This document shows, piece by piece, positions 17,234-27,807 of a stretch of 64,000 nucleotides of DNA; the first letter of the stretch is position 1; every line of letters starts with the position of its first letter. The position numbers and the translations under genes were made by a program. This stretch comes from a bacterium (GTDB lineage: Bacteria; UBA8248): contig OZ242260.1 of assembly GCA_965207065.1 (NCBI GenBank), forward strand, positions 1,984,001 to 2,048,000. Direction: 5' to 3'. The notes beneath the pieces are model-generated. The model worked only from the letters and a program-made list of their open reading frames with translations, was not told the origin of the DNA and ran no database searches.

Positions 17234-19060
17234 ATGAAGGCGAAAGATCCGAAACAAAAAAAAGAGAAGAAAGAACCGGAAATACTGATTCGCGAAGGCG
17301 ACTCCGGCAACCACAATGAGCCCCCGCCCGAAGTGGCGCAGGCCGCCGAGGTGGAAACAAGCCCGCCCGGCAGGACGGGTCTTCGCGCATCAATTGATTT
17401 CAAGGCCAGAGGCGAGCCCTTCGTCTGGATCATGGGAGGCGCGCTCGCTCTGGGTGTATTGATGATTGTCGGTTTTCTCGCGCTCGTTCTGTGGAACGGC
17501 ATCGTGACGTTCTATCCCGGGCCCGTCGAGGTAGTGACGCTTAAAAACGGCCAGCGCATCGCTGGCGAACCGTTCCGCTCCGAGAGTTTCCGCCCCTCCC
17601 CCGAGCAGATGAAAGGGCTTGACCCGGAGACCCGGCACATTATCCGGGAAGCGGACGGATTTGCGCATCGTACGCTCTACAGGATCGGCAATTTCGACGT
17701 CTACAACGAGGACTTCAAGTGGGCGGTGGCGCATCAGGTCGCGAAGACCGAGACGCCGCCCGGCATATTCTTCATCGAGCGCAGGGAATGGGGCCCGTTC
17801 ATCGGTTTTATCAAAACACTGACGCTCGATGGCCGCCGTATCCCTGGCGAAAAGGTATCCCTGGATGCGTTGTACGTGGCCCACGATGATGCGGTCGACC
17901 GCCGGGAAGCGATTCGTTCCATAGAGGTGGATGAGATAGGCGCCATCAATTACTACATCGAAGAAGACCGCCTCGCCTTGCGGCGCACCGAACTGGATTA
18001 CGGGAAGAAGAGTGCGGAGTATCGCGCCGAGATGGAGAAGTTCGAACGCCAGACAAAGGAGAGGCGGGCCGGATTCGCTGTGCTCAAGAAGAGAATCGCC
18101 GCGATCAACAAAGAGGATGAGCAATACAAGGTTACCCTAAGCGAGATTGGAGGGCGCGAGAAACACTTAAGGCTCTCCGAGATCGTTCGCATCTACCCGG
18201 CCAACAACCTTTCGTTCTTTGGAAAGATTGGCGTCTATTTCTCCCGGTGGGGGGAGTTTTTAACCGACGATCCGCGTGAGGCGAATACCGAGGGCGGCGT
18301 TTTGCCGGCGATTTTCGGCACCATCATGATGACGCTGCTCATGGTCGTCTTCGTCGCCCCGTTCGGTGTTATCACGGCGCTTTATCTTCGTGAATACGCC
18401 AAGGAGGGCGCTCTGGTATCCATCGTGCGCATTTGCGTGAACAACCTGGCGGGCGTGCCCTCCATCGTCTACGGCGTGTTTGGCCTGGGATTTTTCGCCT
18501 ACACCATCGGTGTGGGTATCGACCAGTTGTTCTATCCCGAGAGACTCCCCAACCCGACGTTTGGCACGGGGGGCTTGTTGTGGGCGTCCCTGACGCTGGC
18601 GCTCCTCACCGTCCCCGTGGTGATCGTGGCGACCGAAGAAGCGCTCACCGCCGTACCCCGCTCCATGCGGGAGGGTTCCCTCGCCTGCGGCGCCTCGAAG
18701 TGGCAGACCATCCGTAACATCGTCCTGCCGCAGGCCATGCCGGGCATCATGACCGGCCTCATACTGGCGATGGCGCGCGGCGCGGGCGAAGTGGCGCCCC
18801 TCATGCTTGTTGGGGTGGTGAAGCTCGCGCCCGAGCTTCCCTTCGATACCTTCTTCCCGTTCCTGCACCCCGAGAGAAGTTTCATGCACCTGGGTTTTCA
18901 CATTTACGACGTGGGATTCCAGTCCAGGAATTCAGAAGCCGGAAAACCGATGGTTTTCGTCACGACGCTTCTTCTGATAACAATCATCGCACTCATGAAC
19001 GCTTTCGCCATCATGATTCGCAACCGCCTTCGACGGAAGTTCGTGGAAGGCCAATTTTAG
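17234..19060 (+). CDS. pstA: Phosphate ABC permease PstA, long form
   Basis: DPREANTEGGVLPAIFGT, NLAGVPSIVYGVFG, LAMARGAGEVAPL. Confidence 0.92.
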   Translation: MKAKDPKQKKEKKEPEILIREGDSGNHNEPPPEVAQAAEVETSPPGRTGLRASIDFKARGEPFVWIMGGALALGVLMIVGFLALVLWNGIVTFYPGPVEVVTLKNGQRIAGEPFRSESFRPSPEQMKGLDPETRHIIREADGFAHRTLYRIGNFDVYNEDFKWAVAHQVAKTETPPGIFFIERREWGPFIGFIKTLTLDGRRIPGEKVSLDALYVAHDDAVDRREAIRSIEVDEIGAINYYIEEDRLALRRTELDYGKKSAEYRAEMEKFERQTKERRAGFAVLKKRIAAINKEDEQYKVTLSEIGGREKHLRLSEIVRIYPANNLSFFGKIGVYFSRWGEFLTDDPREANTEGGVLPAIFGTIMMTLLMVVFVAPFGVITALYLREYAKEGALVSIVRICVNNLAGVPSIVYGVFGLGFFAYTIGVGIDQLFYPERLPNPTFGTGGLLWASLTLALLTVPVVIVATEEALTAVPRSMREGSLACGASKWQTIRNIVLPQAMPGIMTGLILAMARGAGEVAPLMLVGVVKLAPELPFDTFFPFLHPERSFMHLGFHIYDVGFQSRNSEAGKPMVFVTTLLLITIIALMNAFAIMIRNRLRRKFVEGQF

Positions 19061-19075
19061 TGGAGACGCATTGAA

Positions 19076-19906
19076 ATGGCGGCTGACGCGGTAACCACCA
19101 GATTGCAGGACGAGTTCGAAGCGACGGCATACCATCCCGTCGAGAGCGCGCTCGGCAGTGTTATCGAGATCGAAGACTTCAACTTCTGGTATGACGAGAA
19201 ACAGGCTCTGTTCAACAACACGCTGAAGATACAGAAAGAGCTCGTCACCTCCCTGATCGGCCCTTCGGGCTGCGGGAAATCCACGCTCCTGCGCTCATTC
19301 AACCGCATGAACGACCTGATCGACGGCATCCGCCGCGATGGGAGCATTTCGATTGAAGGAACCGACATCCACAATCCGCGCGTGGAGGTCATTGAGCTTC
19401 GCAAGCGTCTCGGCATGGTGTTCCAGAAGCCCAATCCCTTCCCGATGTCGATATTCGAGAACGTGGTCTATCCCCTGCGGGTGGACGGAATACGCGACAG
19501 GCGATTGCTGGAGGAAACCTGCGAACGCTCCCTGCGCGACGCCGCGCTCTGGGATGAGGTGTCCGACCGGCTGCAGGACAACGCCCTCGGCCTCTCCGGC
19601 GGGCAGCAGCAGCGCCTCTGCATCGCCCGGGCGATTGCCTCGGAGCCCGAGATCATCCTGATGGACGAGCCCTGCTCGGCGCTGGATCCTATCGCCACCG
19701 CCCGGATCGAGGATCTCATAGCGCAGCTCAAGGAACATTTTTCCATCGTCATCGTGACGCACAACATGCAGCAGGCCGCCCGCGTCTCGGACAACACGGC
19801 CTTCATGTTCCTGGGCCGGTTGATTGAATACGGAGAAACGAAGAAAATTTTCATGAACCCCATGAACGTGCGCACATCCGATTATATTACCGGCCGATTC
19901 GGCTAA
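19076..19906 (+). CDS. pstB: Phosphate ABC ATP-binding protein
   Basis: [42 protein letters not shown]. Confidence 0.96.
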   Translation: MAADAVTTRLQDEFEATAYHPVESALGSVIEIEDFNFWYDEKQALFNNTLKIQKELVTSLIGPSGCGKSTLLRSFNRMNDLIDGIRRDGSISIEGTDIHNPRVEVIELRKRLGMVFQKPNPFPMSIFENVVYPLRVDGIRDRRLLEETCERSLRDAALWDEVSDRLQDNALGLSGGQQQRLCIARAIASEPEIILMDEPCSALDPIATARIEDLIAQLKEHFSIVIVTHNMQQAARVSDNTAFMFLGRLIEYGETKKIFMNPMNVRTSDYITGRFG

Positions 19907-19923
19907 GCGCTGGAGGATATTGC

Positions 19924-20607
19924 ATGGCACTGACGAGCGGAAGAGTACATACGAGTTCGGAATTCGAAAGCGAACTCCAGGAACTCCGACGCGTTCTCCT
20001 GGAATTGGGCGCCAAAGTGGAGGCGATGATGGCGAAGAGCATCGAAAGCCTCACAAAACGTAATTCCGATATCGCGCAGACCGTCATCGAGAGTGACTCG
20101 GAAGTCAACCAACTCGAAATCGACGTGAACGAGCTTTGCCTGCAGATGGTGGCGCTCAGGCAGCCGACTTCGGTGGACCTGCGCTTCATCACGACGGGCC
20201 TCAAAATCGCCTCAGACCTCGAACGGGTGGGCGATCTGGCCGTCAACGTCTGCGAGCGCGCGCTGGAGTTGAACGAGGAACCTCCGCTCAAGCCCTATAT
20301 CGAACTTCCGCGTATGGCCAGCGCTTCGAGCCAGATGCTGCGCGAGAGCCTCGACAGCTTCATCAAGGAAGACGTCGTCCTGGCGCGCAAGGTCATGGCG
20401 AGCGACGACGAAGTGGACGACATGAACGAGGAGTTGTTCCGCGAACTGCTGACCTACATGCTGGACAACCCGCGCAACATCAGCCGCGCGACCCGACTGA
20501 CGTTCATCTCGAAATACTTCGAGAGAATCGCCGATCACGCGACGAACATCGCAGAGGCCGTCGTCTTCATGGTGGAAGGCCGGAACCCCAGACGCGAACT
20601 TGCGTAG
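19924..20607 (+). CDS. phoU: Phosphate signalling complex protein
   Basis: QPTSVDLR, DLERVGD, ERIADHATNIAE. Confidence 0.95.
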   Translation: MALTSGRVHTSSEFESELQELRRVLLELGAKVEAMMAKSIESLTKRNSDIAQTVIESDSEVNQLEIDVNELCLQMVALRQPTSVDLRFITTGLKIASDLERVGDLAVNVCERALELNEEPPLKPYIELPRMASASSQMLRESLDSFIKEDVVLARKVMASDDEVDDMNEELFRELLTYMLDNPRNISRATRLTFISKYFERIADHATNIAEAVVFMVEGRNPRRELA

Positions 20608-20727
20608 TCCCTTACATAACCGATAAACCGTTTTCCCTGCTCCATGTGATTCTGCAGTCGTTCTACGGCCCGTGTTTCAGTGCATTTTCGTTAACGTGTA
20701 AGAGCGGCTTTAACGGATTCCCTCTTC

Positions 20728-21765
20728 TCAATCTGTCATACCCAGCCTGGATTTCAGGAGGTCGAAGTTCGAGGGGTCCATTTTCAGCTCATTGCGGTTG
20801 ATGGCCCGGGCGAGTTCGCTCACGGCGTCGTTGCAGGGAGTGGGAATGCCGAGTTCCTTCCCCTTGCGCGAAACGAGGCCGTTGACGAATTCAATCTCGT
20901 TCTTGCGGCCCTTGATGTGATCGTGAATGGGCGCCGTGCGAGCGCGCGGTCCGGTGTGGCCCGTCATGGTCGTCAGGGCGTTCAGCAGCACCTTGTCCTC
21001 ATCGCCCGCGAAATCATCCGCGCTCAGCCCAAAGACGGGCTCGATGTTGATTCCCATCGCCGTGCCCACCTCTACCGTCTCTTTGCCGAGTCTCACCGCA
21101 ATATCGAAGATTCCGGGAAGTTTGGCGACTTCTCTGTTGTGCAGGCCGATGAGTCCCCAGGGTCCCATGCTCATCGAGTTGACGACGAGCTTCGTCCATT
21201 TCGTGCCCCGGATGTTGGTGGAAATGTCCACCTTGGCGACGTGGCTCAGGATTTTCTGGATCTCCTCGAGACGCGGGGTGATGGAACCGTCCAGTTCGCC
21301 GACGGCGAACCAGGTGCCGGTGCGCGGCGTGTTTCGCTGGACGAAACCCGGGGTGAATATCTCCCCCGAGAGTTCGATGCAGCAGCCCACCACACGCTCC
21401 CGACCGAGAATGGAAGTCGTTATCTCCTCCTCGTTCATGCTGTTCTGGAGTCCCACCAGCACGCCGTCGGGTTTCAGGTGCGGGGCCATGAGTTCAGCCA
21501 TCCAGCGCGTGTCGAAAGATTTCACCGCCAGGAGAATGAGATCGAACTCGGGCTTGGCCGAAGCCAGCTCGCACACGTGGAGGGCCTTGACGCGAACCTT
21601 CAAGTCTAGGTCCGGCATCTGGACGTGGAGTCCGTCTTTTCTCATCGCCTCCACGTGCGCCGGCCACTGATCGACGATGGTGACGTCATAACCCGCATCG
21701 GTTAGGTCTGCGGCGGCGCTGCTGCCGATGGCTCCGGTTCCGAACACGGCGATCTTATCGAACAT
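20728..21765 (-). CDS. Ketopantoate reductase (PanE/ApbA) family oxidoreductase
   Basis: GTGAIGS, LAVKSFDT, LQNSM, WTKLVVN, GRKNEIEFVNG. Confidence 0.85.
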   Translation of the reverse strand: MFDKIAVFGTGAIGSSAAADLTDAGYDVTIVDQWPAHVEAMRKDGLHVQMPDLDLKVRVKALHVCELASAKPEFDLILLAVKSFDTRWMAELMAPHLKPDGVLVGLQNSMNEEEITTSILGRERVVGCCIELSGEIFTPGFVQRNTPRTGTWFAVGELDGSITPRLEEIQKILSHVAKVDISTNIRGTKWTKLVVNSMSMGPWGLIGLHNREVAKLPGIFDIAVRLGKETVEVGTAMGINIEPVFGLSADDFAGDEDKVLLNALTTMTGHTGPRARTAPIHDHIKGRKNEIEFVNGLVSRKGKELGIPTPCNDAVSELARAINRNELKMDPSNFDLLKSRLGMTD

Positions 21766-22259
21766 CTATTGCCCTCCCTGGGTTATCATCCGCTGACGAT
21801 TCTGGAATAAAACCATATGTAGCACGCCTCTCCCGGTTTTCACGACCCCCTACGGGTTCGGTTCATCCGGCAACAAACCGCGTTGAAGTGATTTGTGTCT
21901 GTCTTCCGGCTATTGGTTGACACGCAAGTGGCAATCACTAATCATGGAAATAATCTTGAAAAGAGAATAACTGTGCGCGATTTTTTATTTTCGCCGCTGG
22001 AAGGCGGGAGATTTTTGATTCTGCAGAAGGGGAAGGGACTCGCATTTTAGAGCCGGAAATCGGTAAGGGTTTGGTATGTTTTCAGGCATAGTGTCCGACG
22101 CACCATCAAATCGCCATCTTCCCATCCTCTCCCCTTTGTATCGTTTTTCCAAACATCTGCGGGCTTATGCCGCCGCCTCGCGTGAAGCATATGGAACAAC
22201 TGAGAACATGTGGAATCCTGAATGAGGCACACGTTTAGAGGACACCGAATAGAGGAGGA

Positions 22260-23795
22260 GTGAAGATGATGAAAAAGTTTATGATTTTCGGAATGGCCGT
22301 TCTCATGTCGCTGACGCTGATGTCTGGGAGTGCGCTCTCTGCCAAAAAAGATCAGCTTCTCATCGGAATGCCCGGAGACCCGACGACGTTCGACCCCCAC
22401 ATCCGGCTCGGGCTTCCCATGCTTCAGTCCTGGCCCCTCGTGTTCGACAATATTCTGGCGCGTGACATCAAGGGGAAAATCATCCCCGCCCTCGCGACAT
22501 CTTGGCGTTACGTTTCTCCTACGGTGCTGGAGCTCAAGATTCGCAAGGGCGTCAAGTTCCATAACGGAGAGCCCGTCGACGCAAACGCCATTAAGTACAG
22601 TCTCGACAGGCTGTTCGACAAGAAGATAAAAAGCCGCATCCGCAATTTCTACAGGAGTCTCACGAAAGTCGAAGTGGTCGATTCGCACACCGTGCGGCTC
22701 CACACCAAGCATCCCGACCGCTATCTCCTCTCGCCGCTGGCAGATTTCAGCGCAGTGGTTCCGCCGAAGCATTACGGGAGTAACAAACTCAAAGAACTCG
22801 CGCGCAAGCCGGTCGGCAGCGGGCCCTACCGCCTCGTGAAATGGCGCAAGGGCTCCGAGATGGTGTTCGAGGCTGTTTCCGGATACTGGGATAAATCGCG
22901 CCAGCGCGTGAAGAAAGTGATCGTCAAGGTCATTCCCGAGCCGACGACGCGCGTCTCCGCGCTCGTGTCGGGCGCGGTCGACATGATCAAGGACATTCCG
23001 CCCCAGACGGTCCCGATGGCGAAATCCAATCCCAACGTCGACGTCGTCGCCGGCCCCGGCCCCAAGGCGTGCTCGCTCATCATGGTTCTCAAGGACGGAG
23101 CGCCCTGGTCCGACGTGCGCGTGCGCCAGGCGGTGAACCACGCCATCGACAAGGACAGCATCATCAAAAACGTGCTTCAAGGACACGCGACCGCCGCCAT
23201 GGGCACCGTCGTCGGCCCGAACAGTTTCGGCCACAACCCGGCCCTGAAACCTTATGCCTACGATGTGGCCAAGGCGAAGAGCCTCATGAAAGCGGCCGGC
23301 TACGAGAAGGGCTTCACCGTTCCGCTGGTCGTTCCCCTGGGGCGTTACCTCAAAGGCGTGCAGGGTGCGGAGGCCATTGCGGGACAACTCAAGAAGATCA
23401 ACATCAACGTCAAGGTGAAGCCGCTCGAATACGGCGCCTGGCGCAGGAACAGCCGGTCGAAATGGAAGAAGGGTTATGAGCCTTATTGGAATTACGCCTG
23501 CCGCAACGACCTCGCGCTTCACGCGGCCTGGATGTACTCAGGGCTCCTGTACAGCAAATCAACGCATGGCGGCGTGAGGAGCGAGAAGCTGGACAATATG
23601 ATCGTGGGCGCCCGCTCCGAGCCGGACGAGGCCAAGCAGGCGGAGAAATACCGGAAGCTCGCCGCATACATCAGGGAGCAGGCCTTCCTGGGCTTTTTGT
23701 ATCACCTCGACGAGATTTCCGGGAAGAAAAAATCCGTCGACTGGAAGATGCGCTCCACGGGCCTCGTGATCGCAACCGACGCAGGCTGGAAATAA
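22260..23795 (+). CDS. ABC transporter substrate-binding protein, family 5 (peptide/nickel-type)
   Basis: Signal peptide; PALATSW, GVKFHNG, PVGSGPY, VRQAVNHAID. Confidence 0.92.
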   Translation: MKMMKKFMIFGMAVLMSLTLMSGSALSAKKDQLLIGMPGDPTTFDPHIRLGLPMLQSWPLVFDNILARDIKGKIIPALATSWRYVSPTVLELKIRKGVKFHNGEPVDANAIKYSLDRLFDKKIKSRIRNFYRSLTKVEVVDSHTVRLHTKHPDRYLLSPLADFSAVVPPKHYGSNKLKELARKPVGSGPYRLVKWRKGSEMVFEAVSGYWDKSRQRVKKVIVKVIPEPTTRVSALVSGAVDMIKDIPPQTVPMAKSNPNVDVVAGPGPKACSLIMVLKDGAPWSDVRVRQAVNHAIDKDSIIKNVLQGHATAAMGTVVGPNSFGHNPALKPYAYDVAKAKSLMKAAGYEKGFTVPLVVPLGRYLKGVQGAEAIAGQLKKININVKVKPLEYGAWRRNSRSKWKKGYEPYWNYACRNDLALHAAWMYSGLLYSKSTHGGVRSEKLDNMIVGARSEPDEAKQAEKYRKLAAYIREQAFLGFLYHLDEISGKKKSVDWKMRSTGLVIATDAGWK

Positions 23796-23811
23796 AAGGC
23801 GATGCCGCATC

Positions 23812-23893
23812 TCTCTCCCGGGTGTCGTCTGGAGCGCCCGGGAGAGAACAAAGCCCGAGCACACCGGGAATGACAAACGTGTGACCTCGGGCT
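23812..23893 (+). other. Two consecutive intergenic hairpins after the SBP gene
   Basis: CTCTCCCGGG...CCCGGGAGAG (23812-23847) and AGCCCGAG-CACAC...GTGTG-A-CCTCGGGCT (23852-23893). Confidence 0.55.
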
Positions 23894-23939
23894 GGCGTAA
23901 GGGACAGGGTTTGGGTTTCGCCTTGCAACGGGGGGCGTA

Positions 23940-24857
23940 ATGACGGGATTTATCGTTCGGCGGATGCTTCAGGCCATCGTGCTCATGAAGTTCGTCCTGA
24001 TTTTCGTGTTTCTGCTTTTGCATCTCTCCGGCGACCCCGCCCGGATCATGCTGCCCGACGACGCCACCGAAGAAGACATCGCGGAACTCAGAAACGAGAT
24101 GGGCCTCGACAAGCCCCTGTCGACGCAGTACCTCATCTTCTTCCGCAACGTATTGCGCGGGAACTTCGGCGAATCCTTCGAACACGGTGAATCCGCGCTC
24201 AAGGTCGTACTCGAACACCTGCCGGCGACCATCGAACTCGCCGCGGCCGCGTTCATCATGTCGGTCATCATCGGCCTTCCGTTCGGGTGCATCGCTGCGC
24301 TCAAGGAAAACACCGTCTACGACAAGAGCCTGATGTTCGGGGCCGTGCTGGGCCAGGCGGTTCCCGATTTCTGGCTGGGGCTGATGATGATCCTCCTCTT
24401 CTCCGTGAAGCTGGGGTGGCTCCCGCCGTTCGGCTACGGGGAGCCGGTGCACTTCATCATGCCGACCATCGCCGCAGGCGTCTTTCACACGGCACGCCTC
24501 GCGCGGCTGATGCGTTCCGAAATGCTGGAGGTGCTGAGACAGGATTACATTCTCACGGCGTATTCCAAGGGACTGAATGAGAAGGTCGTGTTGTTCAAGC
24601 ACGCGCTCAAGAATTCGGCCATCCCCATCGTCACCATTCTCGGCCTGGACCTCGCCCTCACGCTGGGGGGAACCGTCATCACCGAAACCGTGTTCGCCTG
24701 GCCCGGCGTGGGGCGCCTGACGGTCGCCGCCATCCACCACCGCGACTACCCCATCGTCCAGGCGGCGGTTTTTCTTCTCGCCCTGGGCTTCGTCGGAATC
24801 AATTTAATGGTGGACATCATCTACACCTATCTCGATCCCAGGATTCAGTACCGATGA
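23940..24857 (+). CDS. ABC permease (DppB/OppB-like)
   Basis: GDPARIML, GLDKPL, RGNFGES, TETVFAWPGVG, YLDPRI. Confidence 0.93.
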   Translation: MTGFIVRRMLQAIVLMKFVLIFVFLLLHLSGDPARIMLPDDATEEDIAELRNEMGLDKPLSTQYLIFFRNVLRGNFGESFEHGESALKVVLEHLPATIELAAAAFIMSVIIGLPFGCIAALKENTVYDKSLMFGAVLGQAVPDFWLGLMMILLFSVKLGWLPPFGYGEPVHFIMPTIAAGVFHTARLARLMRSEMLEVLRQDYILTAYSKGLNEKVVLFKHALKNSAIPIVTILGLDLALTLGGTVITETVFAWPGVGRLTVAAIHHRDYPIVQAAVFLLALGFVGINLMVDIIYTYLDPRIQYR

Positions 24858-25771
24858 GAGGTGATAGCGATGAAGTCCTCATGACGTCCGAAGAGTTCCA
24901 GCACTTCGACGAGACTCCCTGGTGGCGGCGGCTTGCTCGCTCGCTTATCGCCACGAAATCGGCGATGGCAGGAGCCGTGATATTGCTCATCGTGCTGATT
25001 GCCGCGCTATTCGCACCCCTGCTGGCGCCGCTGGACCCCACTTTGCAATCCCTCACCCGGGTGATGAAGCCGCCCATGTGGGAGGGGGAGGGGCATCTCT
25101 TCCTCCTTGGCACCGACCACCTCGGACGCGACCTCCTGAGCCGGCTGATATACGGGGCGCGCGTGTCCCTCATCGTCGGACTCTCCGCTACGGGCATGGC
25201 GGGGAGCATCGGCCTCATTCTCGGTATGGTGGCGGGCTATTTCGGAGGGCGGGTGGACTATCTGCTGATGCGGCTGGTGGATTTCGTCCTATCGTTTCCG
25301 TTCATTCTGCTGGCTCTGGCGACAATCGCCATACTGGGGCCGAGCCTCTGGCTGATCGTCTCCCTGATCTCGTTTCGCCAGTGGACGGTGTACGCGCGCG
25401 TGGTGCGCGGCAACGTTCTCTCGATTCGCGAGCAGGAGTTCGTCATCGCTTCGCGCGCAGTCGGGGGAAGCGATTTGCGCCTCATCTTCCGCCATGTTCT
25501 GCCCAACGTACTCGCGCCCGTCATCATCATCGGTTCCCTGTACCTGGGGCGGCTGATCGTCATCGAGGCGGGCTTGAGTTTCCTGGGACTGGGCGTCCCG
25601 CCGCCCACGCCCACCTGGGGCGGGCTCCTGGCCGAGGGCCGCTCCTATCTGTATGTCTCATGGTGGATCGTCACGTTCCCGGGACTCGCCATCACCTTCA
25701 CCGTGCTGGGAGCCAATCTCGTGGGCGACTGGCTCAGAGACGTCTTGGACCCGCGTCTGAGGACGCGCTAG
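24854..25771 (+). CDS. ABC permease (DppC/OppC-like)
   Basis: LGTDHLGRDLLSRLIYGARVSL, EAGLSFLGLG, GDWLRDVLDPR. Confidence 0.93.
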   Translation: MRGDSDEVLMTSEEFQHFDETPWWRRLARSLIATKSAMAGAVILLIVLIAALFAPLLAPLDPTLQSLTRVMKPPMWEGEGHLFLLGTDHLGRDLLSRLIYGARVSLIVGLSATGMAGSIGLILGMVAGYFGGRVDYLLMRLVDFVLSFPFILLALATIAILGPSLWLIVSLISFRQWTVYARVVRGNVLSIREQEFVIASRAVGGSDLRLIFRHVLPNVLAPVIIIGSLYLGRLIVIEAGLSFLGLGVPPPTPTWGGLLAEGRSYLYVSWWIVTFPGLAITFTVLGANLVGDWLRDVLDPRLRTR

Positions 25772-25802
25772 CGAATACCCGCTCTAATTCAGGAGAAATA
25801 CA

Positions 25803-26249
25803 ATGGCTGAAGATATGATGGAAAATTACGTCGATAAAAACCCGGACGTGCAGGAGCGCTTCAGAAAAGCGGGCGAGATCCGTCGTGCGATGGGAATCTA
25901 CGGAGAAGGCGGGCAGACAACGGACGATTTTCTTAAAATATCCCCGGCGCACACGCAGACTATCATGGAGTATTGCTTCGGCATGGTCTGGGCGCAGTCG
26001 GAGAAGCTCGACCTGAAAACGCGCGAGATCATCGTGCTCGCCACCATGGTGGCGCAGGATCTGCCCGGAGAACTGGAGTGGCACGTGCGCTCGGCTCTCA
26101 ATCTGGGCCTCACGCAAGATGAGATTATCGAGGCGATCGTACAGTGTTCACCCTATGTCGGGCTGCCCAAAACAAACCACGCGCTCAGAGCGGCGAAACG
26201 GGCTTTCGACAAGGCCGAGGGAAAAGAACCGAGCGACCTGGGGCACTAG
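25803..26249 (+). CDS. Carboxymuconolactone decarboxylase (CMD/AhpD-like) family protein
   Basis: CFGMVW, LDLKTREII, HVRSALNLG, PYVGLP. Confidence 0.85.
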   Translation: MAEDMMENYVDKNPDVQERFRKAGEIRRAMGIYGEGGQTTDDFLKISPAHTQTIMEYCFGMVWAQSEKLDLKTREIIVLATMVAQDLPGELEWHVRSALNLGLTQDEIIEAIVQCSPYVGLPKTNHALRAAKRAFDKAEGKEPSDLGH

Positions 26250-26334
26250 CGAGCCGCCGCTCATTGGGCAAAACCGCTTGCAAATAACCGGTGCGGGTGA
26301 AGCCTGAGGAGATTTTCGCCCCCTCGGTGGGCGG

Positions 26335-26823
26335 CTATTTCCCCTTGAGGAGCCCGGGCCAGTTCTTGTCGGCCGATTTGATGTTGCCGGGGATATCCTG
26401 CTCCCAGGCCCGCTGAACGCCCTTGCTGTAGTTCAGATAGAGCTTGCCGTCCACGATCTTCCAGGCTTCGGGGACGATGCTCGCCGTGTAGCCCCGGCTC
26501 ACGGCGTATGCGCAGTAGCCGCCGTACCGGGGGGCGTATTTTTCAGGATCGGCGCGGAACAGATCGCGGTTTTTCTCGCTCGCGAAATACCACGTCGCGC
26601 CTTTCCACTTGTGGGAGAAGGCCTTTTTCCCCTCTACGGGTTTACTCTCGGTAAAATAGGCGACAGGGTCGTATCCCCGGATGGCGCCTCCCGGCAAAGT
26701 GGAATAAACGGGCGCGATGGCCGCAGCCGAAACCGGAAGAGCGAGTATAAAGGCAAAGAACGACAGGGCGGCGTATACCCGCAATTTGCGTAGAGCGCAG
26801 GGGGTTTGATTCGTTGTTCTCAT
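26335..26823 (-). CDS. Exported YHS-domain protein
   Basis: Signal peptide; AIRGYDPVAYF, WYFASEKNRDLF, PEKYAPRYGGYCAYA, IVDGKLYLN. Confidence 0.88.
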   Translation of the reverse strand: MRTTNQTPCALRKLRVYAALSFFAFILALPVSAAAIAPVYSTLPGGAIRGYDPVAYFTESKPVEGKKAFSHKWKGATWYFASEKNRDLFRADPEKYAPRYGGYCAYAVSRGYTASIVPEAWKIVDGKLYLNYSKGVQRAWEQDIPGNIKSADKNWPGLLKGK

Positions 26824-26941
26824 CTTTCCAGCATCCTCTGATAAACCGGCGGCAGCGATATAGGGATGGGGTGGCCTCCCTAAAACGCATTATACCCCAA
26901 ACACGCTCAAATGCGCTTCAAATGGTGGCGAAATGCCCGCT

Positions 26942-27619
26942 TCAGGGGTCGTAAAACTCAGGCAGGGTGAGATAGCCCTCACGCGGCAGTTCCGCTTTTA
27001 AGGGGAGGCCCTGTCTTAGTTTCAGCCTCTGGACGGTTCGTAAGTGCGCGAGTACGTTCCAGTAGATATGGCGCAGTACCCCGCCGATTTCCAGGCGAAA
27101 AAGACCGGGGCGCTCCGCGTCTTCATAAAATCCGAATGGATGAAGGCGGACGGACATCCTGTGGTAGTCGACGGGCTTGTGGGGGTCTCCGGGGCGGGAG
27201 GCTTCGGGGTCCATGTAGTAGGTGAACGACAAGGCGCGCAGCCTGTCCTCGCTTTCCTTGTCGATGATTTCACAACAAAGCGCGGCCCAGGGGCGCATGA
27301 AATCGACCACCGCCTTTTTGTCTCCGGCCGCTTCGGGCGGAACGTGCCGGATGCCTGAGTCGATGAGGTCGGCGATGAGGCCTGCCGTATCGGGAAAGGC
27401 ATAGCCTTCTCTTGTCAGCATCTCGCCTGCCCGCATGGACAGCCACACCGGGGTCATGAGGGCGATGTGGCGGATTTGCAAATCCATCGACCAGCGCGCC
27501 CAGGGCGGCTCCTCGTTCGCGTAGCACATCTGCTCGTGGTTCAGTCCTTCGACTTCCCCGTATACGAGATCGGGATAGTGCGCGAGGTCGGTTCTGAGTT
27601 GACTCCATTCCTCGTTCAT
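26942..27619 (-). CDS. Hypothetical protein, possibly DinB/YfiT-like four-helix metalloprotein
   Basis: WSMDLQIRHIA and LRHIYWNVLAH resemble DinB His motifs. Plausible RBS. Confidence 0.5.
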   Translation of the reverse strand: MNEEWSQLRTDLAHYPDLVYGEVEGLNHEQMCYANEEPPWARWSMDLQIRHIALMTPVWLSMRAGEMLTREGYAFPDTAGLIADLIDSGIRHVPPEAAGDKKAVVDFMRPWAALCCEIIDKESEDRLRALSFTYYMDPEASRPGDPHKPVDYHRMSVRLHPFGFYEDAERPGLFRLEIGGVLRHIYWNVLAHLRTVQRLKLRQGLPLKAELPREGYLTLPEFYDP

Positions 27620-27807
27620 CTTGTCGCCTCTGGCAAGTCATTGAAGGAGAGCGAATTATTGTGCCTTGTAAGCCGGGGAAAAGAAAGATAGAATTTCCCC
27701 ATCCATTCGAATCTTTTTGCATTGGTTTTCACGCTTCTATCCGTTGTGCTCATCGGTATCCTCGCAAGGGGGATATCTTCCATTCCTGTTCAGGGAGGGT
27801 AGTGCCA

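Noticed and set aside
21917-21945. Sigma70 promoter (TTGACA-17-AATCAT) for the family-5 ABC operon
   Set aside because: The -10 match is weak and it lies over 300 bp from the start, which is not enough support.
26335-26823. YHS selenoprotein
   Set aside because: The equivalent position is a normal Cys (GGYCAY), with no in-frame TGA.
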